From Candidatus Dojkabacteria bacterium (lineage in GTDB: Bacteria; Patescibacteriota; Dojkabacteria; SC72), in assembly GCA_018056375.1 (NCBI GenBank), contig JAGPFQ010000001.1, forward strand, positions 247,361 through 311,360: a stretch of 64,000 bases of DNA, in the 5' to 3' direction. The first letter of the stretch is position 1. Every line of letters starts with the position of its first letter. Made by a program: the position numbers and the translations under genes. The notes under the pieces are model-generated. The model was not told the origin of the DNA. It saw nothing but the letters and a program-made list of their open reading frames with translations, and made no database searches. This document shows, one piece after another, positions 29,036 to 39,746 of the stretch.

Positions 29036-29059
29036 ATGTTGATTATACCAGAGTAGGAA

Positions 29060-30277
29060 CTATTTCTTCCCTCTCATAAATGCTGGAACATCTAGAGGGT
29101 CTTCAACTTGCATATTATTTATAGCATCAGCGGTACTTTCAATGTCAACAGTATCTTCTTCCATATCATCTTCATCACTGTCAAAAGAATCTAGTGTCTC
29201 TGTATCCTTTTCTTGTTCTACTACTTCTGTTTCTTTAGTATTACTATCAAAACCAAATGTTCTTACAGGAGGAACAGAGTGAGTATCCTCAGATGTTCTG
29301 TTTCTATATATCTGTTTTGATTCATCAAAACCTGTGGCTACAATAGTGATTGTTAGTTCATCTCCAGCATTTGGATCTATCTGTGCTCCAAACTTAATAT
29401 TTGCAGATGGGTCTACTGCTTCTTTAATTAATTCAGATACTTCGCTTATCTCAGCAAGAGACAAATCTGTACCTCCAACAATATTGTAAAGCACTCCTGT
29501 AGCACCTTCGATTGACATATCTAGTAATGGGCTGGTTGTTGCTAACCTTGCAGCATCTTCTGCTCTGTTTTCTCCAGAAGCTCTTCCAATTCCCATAAGG
29601 GCTGTACCAGCATTCTCCATAACTGACTTAGCATCATTGAAGTCTGCATTGATATATCCTGTTTCACTAATGAGATTTGAAATACTATTAACACCTTCTG
29701 CTAATACAGAGTCAACTTTCTTCATAGCATCAATGAAGGATAACTTCTCACTTTCATTAACTACTTCAAGTAATCTTTGGTTAGGTACTATTATCAAAGT
29801 ATCTACTTTATCTCTCAACTTTGCTATACCCTCTTCTGCAATCTCCATTCTTTTACTTCCTTCAAAATCAAATGGTTTTGTAACAACTGCTACTGTTAAT
29901 GCTCCCATATTTTTAGCTACTCCTGCAATAACTGGTGCAGCTCCTGTTCCTGTTCCACCACCCATACCAGCTGTGATAAAGACCATATTTGCTCCTTCTA
30001 AATATTCCTGTATCTGATCTAAACTTTCCTCGGCTGCTTGTGCTCCTAATTCGGCATTACCTCCTGCTCCTAGTCCTTTTGTTAATTCCTCTCCCAACTG
30101 TAGAGTAATTGGAGCTTGTGACATCTTAAGTGCTTGTGCATCTGTATTAAATGCCATAAAATCAACTCCAGCTATATCATAATCAGTAATCATGGTATTG
30201 ATTGCATTACAACCACCACCACCGACTCCAATTACTTTTATTTTTGCTACTGGATCTACATTTGTACTAACTAACAT
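29060..30277 (-). CDS. ftsZ: Cell division GTPase FtsZ.
   Basis: GVGGGGCNAINTM and GGGTGTGAAPV tubulin signature. Confidence 0.95.
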   Translation of the reverse strand: MLVSTNVDPVAKIKVIGVGGGGCNAINTMITDYDIAGVDFMAFNTDAQALKMSQAPITLQLGEELTKGLGAGGNAELGAQAAEESLDQIQEYLEGANMVFITAGMGGGTGTGAAPVIAGVAKNMGALTVAVVTKPFDFEGSKRMEIAEEGIAKLRDKVDTLIIVPNQRLLEVVNESEKLSFIDAMKKVDSVLAEGVNSISNLISETGYINADFNDAKSVMENAGTALMGIGRASGENRAEDAARLATTSPLLDMSIEGATGVLYNIVGGTDLSLAEISEVSELIKEAVDPSANIKFGAQIDPNAGDELTITIVATGFDESKQIYRNRTSEDTHSVPPVRTFGFDSNTKETEVVEQEKDTETLDSFDSDEDDMEEDTVDIESTADAINNMQVEDPLDVPAFMRGKK

Positions 30278-30304
30278 AATTGCCTTACTGTTAACTTAAA
30301 TTAT

Positions 30305-31603
30305 TTATGGCAGTAATGACTTAAACCACTCACCCATTTTACCAAAAAAACCTTTCACATCAACCCTTCCTTTTTCTCCAGAACCTCCACCTACATCTAC
30401 ATCATCATCAATTGCATGTTTTATTGATCCTTGTACGCAAGCATATGCTGGATCTGATATCTCTTCAGTCATACCTGTTAATCCTGATGGGTATGCAACT
30501 CTACCTACAACCCCAGATACATCCTGCGCATACTTCGTAATATCTCTTAGTAATGAACTACCTCCAGTAAGAACAATACCTGCTGGCATTGCCATGTCGT
30601 ATCCTGCTTTAGAAATATCTTCCTTTACCATTTCAAAAATCTCCTCACATCTTGCACTCACAATCTTATCGAGCATTTCTTTAGAAATCTTCTTATCTAT
30701 ACCAATTGCATTCAAATCTAGCTCTTCACCTTTCTTCTTCTGTGAAGGAGGTTCTTTCTTTCTAAGAATTGTTGGTATAGAATCGAGGTCTTTTGTCTTA
30801 GAACCATCATACTTGGCATCATAAAGAGTGTTCATATTAACCTTAATCTTCTCTGCTTCTTCAAGTGATACCTGTAACCCAATTGCTATATCACTAGTAA
30901 TACTGATACCACCCAAAGGAACACAAGCACTATATATAATAGAACCCTCTTGGAAAATTGTAATACCTGTTGTACCTGCACCAATATCTAAAAGTGTAAC
31001 ACCTAATTCTTTCTCTGTATCAGTAAGAACAGCCAGTGAAGATGCCCACGCAGTAAAGATAACATCTGATACCGTAGCACCTACTTGCTCAACACATTTC
31101 TTAATATTTTGCCAATATGAATTAGGTGCTGTAATGATATGTGTCTCAACTTCTAATCTTCCACCACTCATACCAATTGGATACTTAATACCACCTTGAC
31201 TATCCACAACAAACTCTCTAGGAATAATATGTATAGGGTTAAGATTATCAGGTAATGACAATGTTCTAGCATTCTCAATAGCTCTATATGTATCATCTAT
31301 TGTTATCTCACTACCTGCAACTGCTACAACTCCTTTATTATTCAAACTAGTTACCTGCTCTCCATTTATTGAAACAACAACATCTGATACTGTAACACCT
31401 GCCATCCTCTCTGCTGCTGTTACACTTTCTAGAATAGAGCTGGTAGCATCATCAATATTAACAACTACACCTTTTCTAATACCCTTGCTTGGATAGGCAC
31501 AAACTCCTATAACTGTCGGATTTTTCCCATCCTCAACAGAGGTAATTAGAGTAGTTACTTTAGAGGTCCCAACATCTATTGCAGTTATTATTTTTCGTGC
31601 CAT
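30305..31603 (-). CDS. ftsA: Cell division protein FtsA.
   Basis: Actin-fold motifs AIDVGTSKV...DIGAGTTGI...GIVLTGGSS. Located immediately upstream of ftsZ. Confidence 0.9.
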   Translation of the reverse strand: MARKIITAIDVGTSKVTTLITSVEDGKNPTVIGVCAYPSKGIRKGVVVNIDDATSSILESVTAAERMAGVTVSDVVVSINGEQVTSLNNKGVVAVAGSEITIDDTYRAIENARTLSLPDNLNPIHIIPREFVVDSQGGIKYPIGMSGGRLEVETHIITAPNSYWQNIKKCVEQVGATVSDVIFTAWASSLAVLTDTEKELGVTLLDIGAGTTGITIFQEGSIIYSACVPLGGISITSDIAIGLQVSLEEAEKIKVNMNTLYDAKYDGSKTKDLDSIPTILRKKEPPSQKKKGEELDLNAIGIDKKISKEMLDKIVSARCEEIFEMVKEDISKAGYDMAMPAGIVLTGGSSLLRDITKYAQDVSGVVGRVAYPSGLTGMTEEISDPAYACVQGSIKHAIDDDVDVGGGSGEKGRVDVKGFFGKMGEWFKSLLP

Positions 31604-31744
31604 ATGTGTATCAGTATTATTTACTTAACTTAATACAAAAAGATGTTTTTTAACAACATCAGTATAATAATATAATCAAAATTAGATACTTTAGCAAGTG
31701 TCTACAATTAAATTCCAAGTCATCCTCAAAATCATTGTCTACAA

Positions 31745-32584
31745 TCAGTTTTTAACAACAGGACGTATAAACCTAACATCTACTAAAGTATACTTAATAT
31801 TCTCACTTCTAATCTTTCCCATTACGATAAAATACCTAGCCAATTGAATATCAATATCATCAGAGAGTGTAAATCTAGAAATCTTACCTTCTGTATCTTT
31901 AAAATCAATAACATTTTCACTAAGAGTAACCTCTTTAACTCCAATATCAAAAGATTTAATAACTTTAACTATTTTAGAAATAGTCTCCATTATTAACAAT
32001 TTTTCTCTTCCACTACTTAGCTTCGCAATTGAGAGGTTACTTGATTTAAAGAAAGCTAAATTCTTTTCCAAATGATAGCTTGTACAACATTTTTCAATAT
32101 TTTCCTCTTCATCTTCACAAAGATTTTCCAAAACATTACCCTCTATTGAGAGAAGGGTACACCTATTATCACCTGTATATGCTACAAATTCAGGAGTAAG
32201 AACATCTAAAACAATCAATATTGAATTGGGAACATTTTTAGAAACGGATGCAAATTTAATAAATGGTATATTTTCAACTAAATCTTTCCCTAGTTCATTA
32301 GAATGAATCAAAAAGAAATTCTTACCTTTAACATTCTTCTTGAGATATTCTTCAACCATCCTACTCACATTCTCATCAATTTCTCCCCCACTCTCTTCTA
32401 AAATTTCAAAATTCTTAATATCCCATAAACCAACTAAAAAAGAAATTAGAAGTAAAAGAAGAAAAAGAAAAATGGGAAGATTCTTTTTAAGAAAGACTAC
32501 TGGTCTAAACCTAGATAGTCTTTCCTTCAACCAAATTTTCCTTGAAGGAGGTCTAATCATCCTACTCTGCTTTATCTCTTCCAT
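31745..32584 (-). CDS. FtsQ/DivIB-like cell division protein with a single TM and POTRA-like region.
   Basis: N-terminal TM (IFLFLLLLLISFLVGL). Position upstream of ftsA-ftsZ. Weak sequence signal. Confidence 0.45.
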   Translation of the reverse strand: MEEIKQSRMIRPPSRKIWLKERLSRFRPVVFLKKNLPIFLFLLLLLISFLVGLWDIKNFEILEESGGEIDENVSRMVEEYLKKNVKGKNFFLIHSNELGKDLVENIPFIKFASVSKNVPNSILIVLDVLTPEFVAYTGDNRCTLLSIEGNVLENLCEDEEENIEKCCTSYHLEKNLAFFKSSNLSIAKLSSGREKLLIMETISKIVKVIKSFDIGVKEVTLSENVIDFKDTEGKISRFTLSDDIDIQLARYFIVMGKIRSENIKYTLVDVRFIRPVVKN

Positions 32585-32658
32585 TGAATAATATTAGCAT
32601 TACAAAGAAAAAAGTTAAATATATATTTATTTTCTATCTAATGATATGATTATTAACT

Positions 32659-33282
32659 ATGATATCTGATCTGTTAATGACAGCAACTATTTGGATGGGT
32701 AAGTTTGGTTATCCAGGTATTTTTATAGCTTCTGTAGGTATACTTCCAGCTGAGGTTGTAATCGTTATGGTAGCAGCACAGAAGCCTACTGAGTTGATTC
32801 CAATAGCGGCTACTACTGCTATTGGTGAAGTTGTAGGTGCTCTTTTAACATATCTTGTTGGTTATTACTTCAGAAACAAAGATATTTTAAAGTTCTTGAG
32901 TGGTAAGGGTAAATTTTTAAATATTTCAGAGAAAGCATTTGAAAAAGGAAAGAAGGATCTTTCTAAAAAAGGTTTCCTTTATATTCTTCTTACTAGATTC
33001 ACACCAGGTTTAAGAGTTCTTACATTAGTAGTTGCAGGATATTTAGAATCAAATCTATTTACAACATCTATTGCGGTTTTCATAGGCACCTTTATATATG
33101 CATATGCTTTTGCATATCTTGGTGCAGAGATAGGATTTAATTGGTTCCAGATTAAGGGAATATTAGATACGGTTAATAATGTTTTAACATTCTTAACTAC
33201 TTTAGTAATAGCTATTATTCTTTACAAGAATAGAGAGAAGGTTCAGAAATTTGTAAAAAGGATTATTGGGAAAAAGGAATAA
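32659..33282 (+). CDS. DedA/VTT-family membrane protein.
   Basis: GYPGIFIASVGILPAEVVIVMVAA resembles the DedA core. Multiple TM. Confidence 0.5.
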   Translation: MISDLLMTATIWMGKFGYPGIFIASVGILPAEVVIVMVAAQKPTELIPIAATTAIGEVVGALLTYLVGYYFRNKDILKFLSGKGKFLNISEKAFEKGKKDLSKKGFLYILLTRFTPGLRVLTLVVAGYLESNLFTTSIAVFIGTFIYAYAFAYLGAEIGFNWFQIKGILDTVNNVLTFLTTLVIAIILYKNREKVQKFVKRIIGKKE

Positions 33283-33319
33283 TTGTGTAATATACTAATT
33301 AATATCAATAACATAGATA

Positions 33320-33628
33320 ATGAAAAAAGTTGTCATATCAGGAAGTAGTAAACTCAAAAAGGAAGTAAACCATTGGATTAATCGTTTCAAAAAGAAAGGT
33401 TTTGAAATACTGGATTATCCTAAACCAGTAGAATCAAAGGATTATTCTAAAGAATTACCAAAGATATACAAGAATTATTATACAGCATTAGAAAATACAG
33501 ATATCTATTTCCTTATGAATGAAGAGAGAAAAGGTATAAAAGGATATGTTGGTGCTAGTGCTACTGCAGAGTTAACATATGTAGTTATTCAAAACTTATT
33601 ACATAACAAAAACATATATATATATTAA
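33320..33628 (+). CDS. Hypothetical protein.
   Basis: ORF only. Confidence 0.25.
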   Translation: MKKVVISGSSKLKKEVNHWINRFKKKGFEILDYPKPVESKDYSKELPKIYKNYYTALENTDIYFLMNEERKGIKGYVGASATAELTYVVIQNLLHNKNIYIY

Positions 33629-33761
33629 ATGAGCCTAGTAAGGATGTTCTAGCTTATGATGAAATAATGTTTTGGTTAGATATGGGATGGATTAAACTTT
33701 ATGATGAGAATGAGCTTTAAAGATTATAATTAATATTATTTAACATATTTGGAAATAAAAA

Positions 33762-34475
33762 ATGAACTTTCAAGATAAAACAGTATTAGTTACAGGTGGT
33801 AGTAGTGGTATAGGGAAAGCCATTTGTGAAGAATTTCATAACCAAGAAGCTAAGGTTGTTGTATTTGATCTAGTAGAATCAGATCCACAATATGAATATT
33901 ACAAAGTTGATATAACAAAAGAGGAAGAAATTAAATCTGCTTTAAACAATATTCCAAAAATAGATATTTTAGTAAATTGTGCTGGTGTATATATTCAAAA
34001 GTATGTTGAAGATACAACAACTGAAGAGTTAGATAAAGTTATAGATACAAACCTCAAGGGAACATATCTTGTTACAAAAAATGTTCTACCTTTAATTAAA
34101 CAAAGTAAGGGCAATATCATTAATATTTCATCAGGATTAGGCATAGCACCAGAATTAACTTCTCCTGCTTACTGTATGACTAAGTCAGGGATAATTATGC
34201 TTACAAAATGCTTAGCTCAACAACTTGCTCAAGAGCATGTAAGAGTAAATGCTGTTCTCCCTGGCCCTATTGATACACCTCTGCTAAGGGATTCATTCTC
34301 AACAGAAGAAGAGATGGAAGAATACAAAAACCTAAATCCTATGAAGAAGATAGGAACACCTAAAGATGTTGCTAGTGTAGTATTATTCTTAGCTTCTGAT
34401 TTAGCAAACTATGTTACAGGAGGTTTGTATTCTGTTGATGGTGGAGAATCGACTTCTAGTTTGTATTCCAAATAG
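33762..34475 (+). CDS. SDR-family oxidoreductase, FabG-like.
   Basis: TGGSSGIGKAI cofactor motif. YCMTKSG catalytic YxxxK. NISSG. Confidence 0.8.
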   Translation: MNFQDKTVLVTGGSSGIGKAICEEFHNQEAKVVVFDLVESDPQYEYYKVDITKEEEIKSALNNIPKIDILVNCAGVYIQKYVEDTTTEELDKVIDTNLKGTYLVTKNVLPLIKQSKGNIINISSGLGIAPELTSPAYCMTKSGIIMLTKCLAQQLAQEHVRVNAVLPGPIDTPLLRDSFSTEEEMEEYKNLNPMKKIGTPKDVASVVLFLASDLANYVTGGLYSVDGGESTSSLYSK

Positions 34476-34481
34476 CAAGTT

Positions 34482-34886
34482 ATGAAAGTTCTAAGTCTTA
34501 AAGAACCATATGCAAGTTTAATTAAAGAAAAGATTAAAACTGTAGAAACAAGAAGTTGGAAAACCAACTACAGAGGTGAACTATATATCCATGCTAGTCA
34601 AACCAAATCTCCAATCAATAATGAAAGATTAAAATCCTTAACAAAAAATATTGAATTAAACCCAGGTCATATTCTTTGTAAATGTAATCTAGTGAATTGT
34701 ATCTATATGACAAAAGAATATGTAGAACAAATGAAAAAGAATAACTATGATGAATATATATGTGGAGAGTATAAAGAAGGAAGATATGCTTGGATATTAA
34801 AAGATATAGTACCCATAAAAGAACCTATTAAAGCCAAAGGACAGTTAAATATTTGGAACTATTACAACGAAATCAAAGAGAATTAA
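34482..34886 (+). CDS. ASCH-domain protein.
   Basis: MKVLSLKEPYASLIKEKIKTVETRSW is an ASCH-like N-terminus. Confidence 0.5.
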   Translation: MKVLSLKEPYASLIKEKIKTVETRSWKTNYRGELYIHASQTKSPINNERLKSLTKNIELNPGHILCKCNLVNCIYMTKEYVEQMKKNNYDEYICGEYKEGRYAWILKDIVPIKEPIKAKGQLNIWNYYNEIKEN

Positions 34887-34894
34887 AATATTTC

Positions 34895-34971
34895 TGGAGC
34901 GGGAGACGGGGGTCGAACCCGCGACCTACACATTGGCAATGTGTCGTTCTAGCCAACTGAACTACTCCCGC
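34895..34971 (-). tRNA. tRNA-Gly(GCC), CCA encoded.
   Basis: Acceptor is GCGGGAG/CTCCCGC. Anticodon loop is TTGCCAA. T-loop is TTCGACC. Confidence 0.85.
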
Positions 34972-34972
34972 A

Positions 34973-35048
34973 TGGTGCCGAGACCCAGATTTGAACTGGG
35001 GACACCCTGTTCTTCAGACAGGTGCTCTACCAACTGAGCTATCTCGGC
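34973..35048 (-). tRNA. tRNA-Phe(GAA), CCA encoded. It is separated from tRNA-Gly by a single nucleotide.
   Basis: Acceptor is GCCGAGA/TCTCGGC. Anticodon loop is CTGAAGA. T-loop is TTCAAAT. Confidence 0.85.
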
Positions 35049-35093
35049 ATGTGTTTGAAATGATATCAAATATTAATATCATTATCAATAATA

Positions 35094-35288
35094 TTATTCT
35101 TTCTGTTTTCTCCTAGTCTCAAAGAGATCAGCTATACCTATTGCCAAAAAAGATAAACCTAATGGCAAATATGTACCTCCATCAGGTAATATTGACAGAA
35201 GAGAAAAAGTAAGACCTAGTATAAAGAAGACACTAACAGTTGCAGAAATGTTTTTCTTTCCCTTCTTCTCCTTATCTTTTTTCTCCAT
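35094..35288 (-). CDS. Small membrane protein.
   Basis: Two hydrophobic segments. Downstream of the glycosyltransferase. Confidence 0.3.
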   Translation of the reverse strand: MEKKDKEKKGKKNISATVSVFFILGLTFSLLSILPDGGTYLPLGLSFLAIGIADLFETRRKQKE

Positions 35289-35314
35289 ATTTATATAGAA
35301 ATAAAATTAAATAA

Positions 35315-36445
35315 TTATTTACTTAAAATACCCTTATCAATCAAAAACTCCCCTACCTTCTTTTTGAAATCCTCTCCACTATTCATACCCTCTATACTCT
35401 TAGAAACCTTTACATAATCCCAATCACTGTTTTCAAACTTTAAAAGAGCTTCCTTAAAACTATCAATATTTTCCTCATAGAAAAGAATACCATTAATACC
35501 ATCCTGTACAGTATCTAAAATCCCTCCAAAACCATATCCTAAAACAGGAGTACCACAACTCAGTGCTTCAACAGGAAAGATCCCAAAATCTTCAATACCT
35601 GGCATAATATATCCTGATGCTTTAGAAAGAATCTTGTATTTCTCCTCCTCATCTACCCAACCTAAAAACTCAATATTTTTACAATCTCTATACTTCCTTT
35701 CCAATTCTTTCTTCTTACTTCCACTACCAATAATTTTAAGTTTAAAACCTATCCATTTAGCACACTCTAAAAGAAATTCTCCTCCCTTGTTCTCTTCAAA
35801 AGGTGCTCCTGCAACAAAATAGTTTTTTCTTTTAGAAAATATCTTACCTGTATATCTCTTTACTGGAGGATGAATTACAATATCAGCACCTCTATTCCAA
35901 TATTTCTCCATCCTTTTAGAAACAAAATTTGAGTTAGCTATCATTAAATCTGCCCTACCAGAAGAAGCACTATCCCAAATTCTAAGGTAATGAATGAAGA
36001 AATTATAAATCCAATTAAATTTCTTCTTAGAGAAATATGTATGAAAAAGATCCCAAGCATAACGAACAGGTGTATTAACATATGCAATATGTTTGCATCC
36101 TAGGGGTGTAATTACTCCATGAGCAACAGACCATGATGATGAAATTACTAAATCATATTCTGAGAAATCAAATTTCTCTATGTAAAAAGGCCAAAGCGGT
36201 AAAGTCCATTGATAGTACTTGTTAACAAACAACCACTTACCTAGTTTTGATGTATATATCTTGTGAGAAAGAATATCATCAGATAAATACTTATCTCTGT
36301 GCCTCTCAGGAGTAGAAAAAAGAGTATATATGTCCGCATTTGGAAACATCTGAGCAAAACATTCTAAGACCTTAGCACCTCCCTCCATTCTAAAAAGAGA
36401 GTCTGTTACAATAGCAACACGAAGATTATTCTTTTTCATTATCAT
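35315..36445 (-). CDS. GT4-family (group 1) glycosyltransferase.
   Basis: EENKGGEFLLEC...EDFGIFPVEALSCGTPVLG is the GT4 E-x7-E region. Confidence 0.8.
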   Translation of the reverse strand: MIMKKNNLRVAIVTDSLFRMEGGAKVLECFAQMFPNADIYTLFSTPERHRDKYLSDDILSHKIYTSKLGKWLFVNKYYQWTLPLWPFYIEKFDFSEYDLVISSSWSVAHGVITPLGCKHIAYVNTPVRYAWDLFHTYFSKKKFNWIYNFFIHYLRIWDSASSGRADLMIANSNFVSKRMEKYWNRGADIVIHPPVKRYTGKIFSKRKNYFVAGAPFEENKGGEFLLECAKWIGFKLKIIGSGSKKKELERKYRDCKNIEFLGWVDEEEKYKILSKASGYIMPGIEDFGIFPVEALSCGTPVLGYGFGGILDTVQDGINGILFYEENIDSFKEALLKFENSDWDYVKVSKSIEGMNSGEDFKKKVGEFLIDKGILSK

Positions 36446-37169
36446 AAATAACTACTGTATGTTTTCCTTTTCGATACACATTTGGTCTTGTGAATATCAT
36501 AAAGCCTCCAAACAGAAGAAGAATTACCCCTGCAATTAAAAGGTACTTCGCATCAAAGATACCTGTTTTTACTGTACTAGGATCAATTTTCAAATCACCA
36601 CCTCCAGCCATTTGAAGAACTATTGCAACAGGCTTACTCCTTAAGATATTCTGTGGAGGACTTCCATCTTTCATCATATAAGTGTCAAAAATCCCATTAT
36701 TTGTATCATATTCCCAATCTAGATATGTAGTCTTACTCCTTAAAACAGAAAAAGTTAATCTTGCTATTACATCACCCTCTGGAGAACTTGAGTATAGTCC
36801 ACTACTACCACTCTGTGTAAAGCCAGAAAGCATAATTACCCCATTATCATTATCAAGGGTAGATTCATCATCTGGCCAATTAGCAAAAAAAGTCCTATTC
36901 CTTTCTGCTTTTGTTAACCTAAGAACAGTAGGATCAAATAACACTACAAATTTTGCAGAGACTATCTCTTGTCCACCTGTATTAATGACTACATCAACTG
37001 TAAAACCCTTTCCCTCATCTCTCACATATCCCCCTGCTGGATTGAAAGAAAATGATGGCTCAGCTGCATAACTCTTATGTGGTAAAAAACAACAAAAGAC
37101 AAATATTAGTAAGAAACTGACAACTATTTTAAAATAATCTTTGACTATCATCCTGTCTAATATTATCAT
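36426..37169 (-). CDS. Secreted, C-terminally anchored protein, possibly a cohesin-like beta-sandwich.
   Basis: Signal peptide. GFTVDVVINTGGQEIVSAKFVVLFDPTVL. C-terminal TM. Confidence 0.3.
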   Translation of the reverse strand: MIILDRMIVKDYFKIVVSFLLIFVFCCFLPHKSYAAEPSFSFNPAGGYVRDEGKGFTVDVVINTGGQEIVSAKFVVLFDPTVLRLTKAERNRTFFANWPDDESTLDNDNGVIMLSGFTQSGSSGLYSSSPEGDVIARLTFSVLRSKTTYLDWEYDTNNGIFDTYMMKDGSPPQNILRSKPVAIVLQMAGGGDLKIDPSTVKTGIFDAKYLLIAGVILLLFGGFMIFTRPNVYRKGKHTVVIYDNEKE

Positions 37170-37200
37170 AATATTGAATATTTCAGAATAGCTATAAAAT

Positions 37201-38007
37201 ATGCAGATATTAAAGTTAATAGGTATAGGAATAATTCAAGGTATAACAGAATTATTACCCATCTCTAGCTCAGCACACATGCTTCTCTTGGGAAATATTT
37301 TAAATATTGATATAACCTCTTCTTTACTAATTCTCTTCCACTTAGGTACTACAATTGCAGTTATACTTTTTTTAAGGAAACAACTCTTTAAAAACTTCTT
37401 TTCTAAAAAGAAACTTGCTTTCTATGGAAAGATTCTAATAGCTACAATACCTGCAGGAGTAATTGGCTTCCTCTTCGAAGATATAATCTCAAAACATCTC
37501 CGTACAGATTGGATTATTGGTCTATCACTAATTGTATGGGGAATTGTTATGATTATTTTAGAAAAAAAAGAAACTACTTTAGTAAAAGGAAAAAAGCTAC
37601 AAACAGTAGAGGATGTGTCTCTTAAGCAAGCCTTGGCAGTTGGATTTTCTCAGGCTCTAGCACTAATTCCCGGAACTTCAAGGTCTGCAATCACTACTAT
37701 CACAGGTATTCTAGTAGGACTCCCTAAGTATGTGGCACTTAAATTTTCTTTTGTATTAAGCATTCCAATATTACTAGGTTCATTTACTTTATTTCTTTTT
37801 CAAAACTTGAAAGAAAGAAGTGTGTTTCTAAATACTGTAGGAGAACCTTTTTGGATAAATATTATTGTAATATTTATAATAACTTTCCTCTTTGGTTTCC
37901 TATCTTTAAAACTAATTGAGAAATTTAAGAAGAAAAATTGGCTAACTTTCTTTGGTGTTTACAGAATTCTCCTAGGAATTATAGTACTACTATCTTTCTT
38001 CCTCTAA
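37201..38007 (+). CDS. uppP: Undecaprenyl-diphosphatase.
   Basis: GITELLPISSSAHMLL and SRSAITT BacA motifs. Eight TM. Confidence 0.85.
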   Translation: MQILKLIGIGIIQGITELLPISSSAHMLLLGNILNIDITSSLLILFHLGTTIAVILFLRKQLFKNFFSKKKLAFYGKILIATIPAGVIGFLFEDIISKHLRTDWIIGLSLIVWGIVMIILEKKETTLVKGKKLQTVEDVSLKQALAVGFSQALALIPGTSRSAITTITGILVGLPKYVALKFSFVLSIPILLGSFTLFLFQNLKERSVFLNTVGEPFWINIIVIFIITFLFGFLSLKLIEKFKKKNWLTFFGVYRILLGIIVLLSFFL

Positions 38008-39698
38008 AGCATAGATCTTAAATCAACACCTGTCATACTAGAAGGTGTATTCATACCTAAAAGACCTAGAACTGTAGGTGCAATATCAGCCAAGATTCCT
38101 GTAGTTCGAGCATTTGGTCCTGTGCCAATCTTAATTTGAGGAGTACCAGCAATTGGCTCAATCTCTTTCATACTATTTGCAATTACAAGAGGTACTGGAT
38201 TGTTAGTATGTGCAATATCTATCTCTTTTGTCACCCTGTTTATCATTGTCTCACAGTTTCCATGGTCTGCAGTTACCATTAAAGAACCTCCCATTTCTAT
38301 GGTTGCTTTTGCAATATCCGCACAACAGGTATCTACAATACTATTTCCCCTTACTGCAGCTTTAAAATTACCTGTATGTCCTAACATATCTGGATTTGCA
38401 AAGTTTAGAACAATGAAATCTAAAGGATGTGTATCTATTTTCTTAATCTTGTTTACAACCTCATCTCTAATGATATATGCACTCATTTCAGGTACCTTTG
38501 CATAGCTATCTACTCTCTGTGAAGGAATATTAAAGAAAGTTTCTCCTGGATGAGCTTCCTCATAACCACCATTAAAGAAATATGTTACATGCATATACTT
38601 TTCTGTTTCAGAAACATGTAATTGCCTCTTACCATTTTCTGACAAGTACTTTGCAAGAGGTTTTTTAATTCGTAAAGGTGGGAAGATTACATTTGCAGGT
38701 AAGTTTTCTTCATAACCAGTCATAGTGGCAAAGTAGATATCTTCAGGATAGTTTCTTCTAGTAAAATGAGGAAAGTCTTTTAATACAAAGGCTTTGGTTA
38801 ACTCTCTTGCCCTGTCCTCACGAAAATTCCAAAAGAGTACTGCATCGTGTGATTTAACAATACCTACAGGTTCTCCTTTCTCATTGACTCTTACTCTTGG
38901 CTTAAAGAACTGGTCATACTCTCCTCTACTGTAAGCATCTTTTACAACCTTTATTGGGTCTGTAAATGTTTCTTCAGAGAGCCCAACAAAAGCATCATAT
39001 GCTAACTTAACCCTCTCCCACCTACTATCTCTATCCATACCATAGAATCTACCCATTATTGACCCTATTTCACCAACACCAACCTCTCTAATTTTAGCTA
39101 ACAACTTCTCTACATAGAGAAGACCTTCTGTAGGTCCTGTATCTCTACCATCTAACATAACATGAATACAAGGGTCTATCCCTTTTGCTGCACACAAATC
39201 CAATACTGAAAACAGATGTTTAATATGTCCATGAACACCAGCAGGACTAAGTACACCTGTAAGGTGTAATCTACCTTTATACTTCCTAAGAAATGTAAAC
39301 ATCTGTTTAACAACAGGATTATTCTCTAACTCATGTGCTTTAATTGCATCATTAATTCTAGGAAGTGTTTGATACACCACTTGACCAGAACCAATATTAA
39401 GGTGACCTACCTCAGAGTTACCTGCATCTTCACCAGGTAAACCAACATGAGTACCTGAAGCATGAAGCAATGTAGACCTTCCTTGTGTCCATAGTGTATC
39501 AAGGAAAGGTGTCTTAGCAGCCCAGACAGCATTTCCTTCTGCATCTGGAAACACACCAAAGCCATCCAATATTATTAATGTAACAAACTTCCTAATATCC
39601 AAAAGATTGTTGTGCCCATTAGTAAATCCTTCTTGCCCAGTTTTGGCTTCCTCCTCACTATTTTTACCGTTTTTTTTGACACCAAAAAAATCAAGCAT
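38004..39698 (-). CDS. gpmI: 2,3-bisphosphoglycerate-independent phosphoglycerate mutase.
   Basis: LIILDGFG. VTADHGNCE. HLNIGSG. Confidence 0.85.
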   Translation of the reverse strand: MLDFFGVKKNGKNSEEEAKTGQEGFTNGHNNLLDIRKFVTLIILDGFGVFPDAEGNAVWAAKTPFLDTLWTQGRSTLLHASGTHVGLPGEDAGNSEVGHLNIGSGQVVYQTLPRINDAIKAHELENNPVVKQMFTFLRKYKGRLHLTGVLSPAGVHGHIKHLFSVLDLCAAKGIDPCIHVMLDGRDTGPTEGLLYVEKLLAKIREVGVGEIGSIMGRFYGMDRDSRWERVKLAYDAFVGLSEETFTDPIKVVKDAYSRGEYDQFFKPRVRVNEKGEPVGIVKSHDAVLFWNFREDRARELTKAFVLKDFPHFTRRNYPEDIYFATMTGYEENLPANVIFPPLRIKKPLAKYLSENGKRQLHVSETEKYMHVTYFFNGGYEEAHPGETFFNIPSQRVDSYAKVPEMSAYIIRDEVVNKIKKIDTHPLDFIVLNFANPDMLGHTGNFKAAVRGNSIVDTCCADIAKATIEMGGSLMVTADHGNCETMINRVTKEIDIAHTNNPVPLVIANSMKEIEPIAGTPQIKIGTGPNARTTGILADIAPTVLGLLGMNTPSSMTGVDLRSML

Positions 39699-39746
39699 GG
39701 GCAGTTTGTAGATATATAATCTTAAGTTGAATATAATATATCACGA

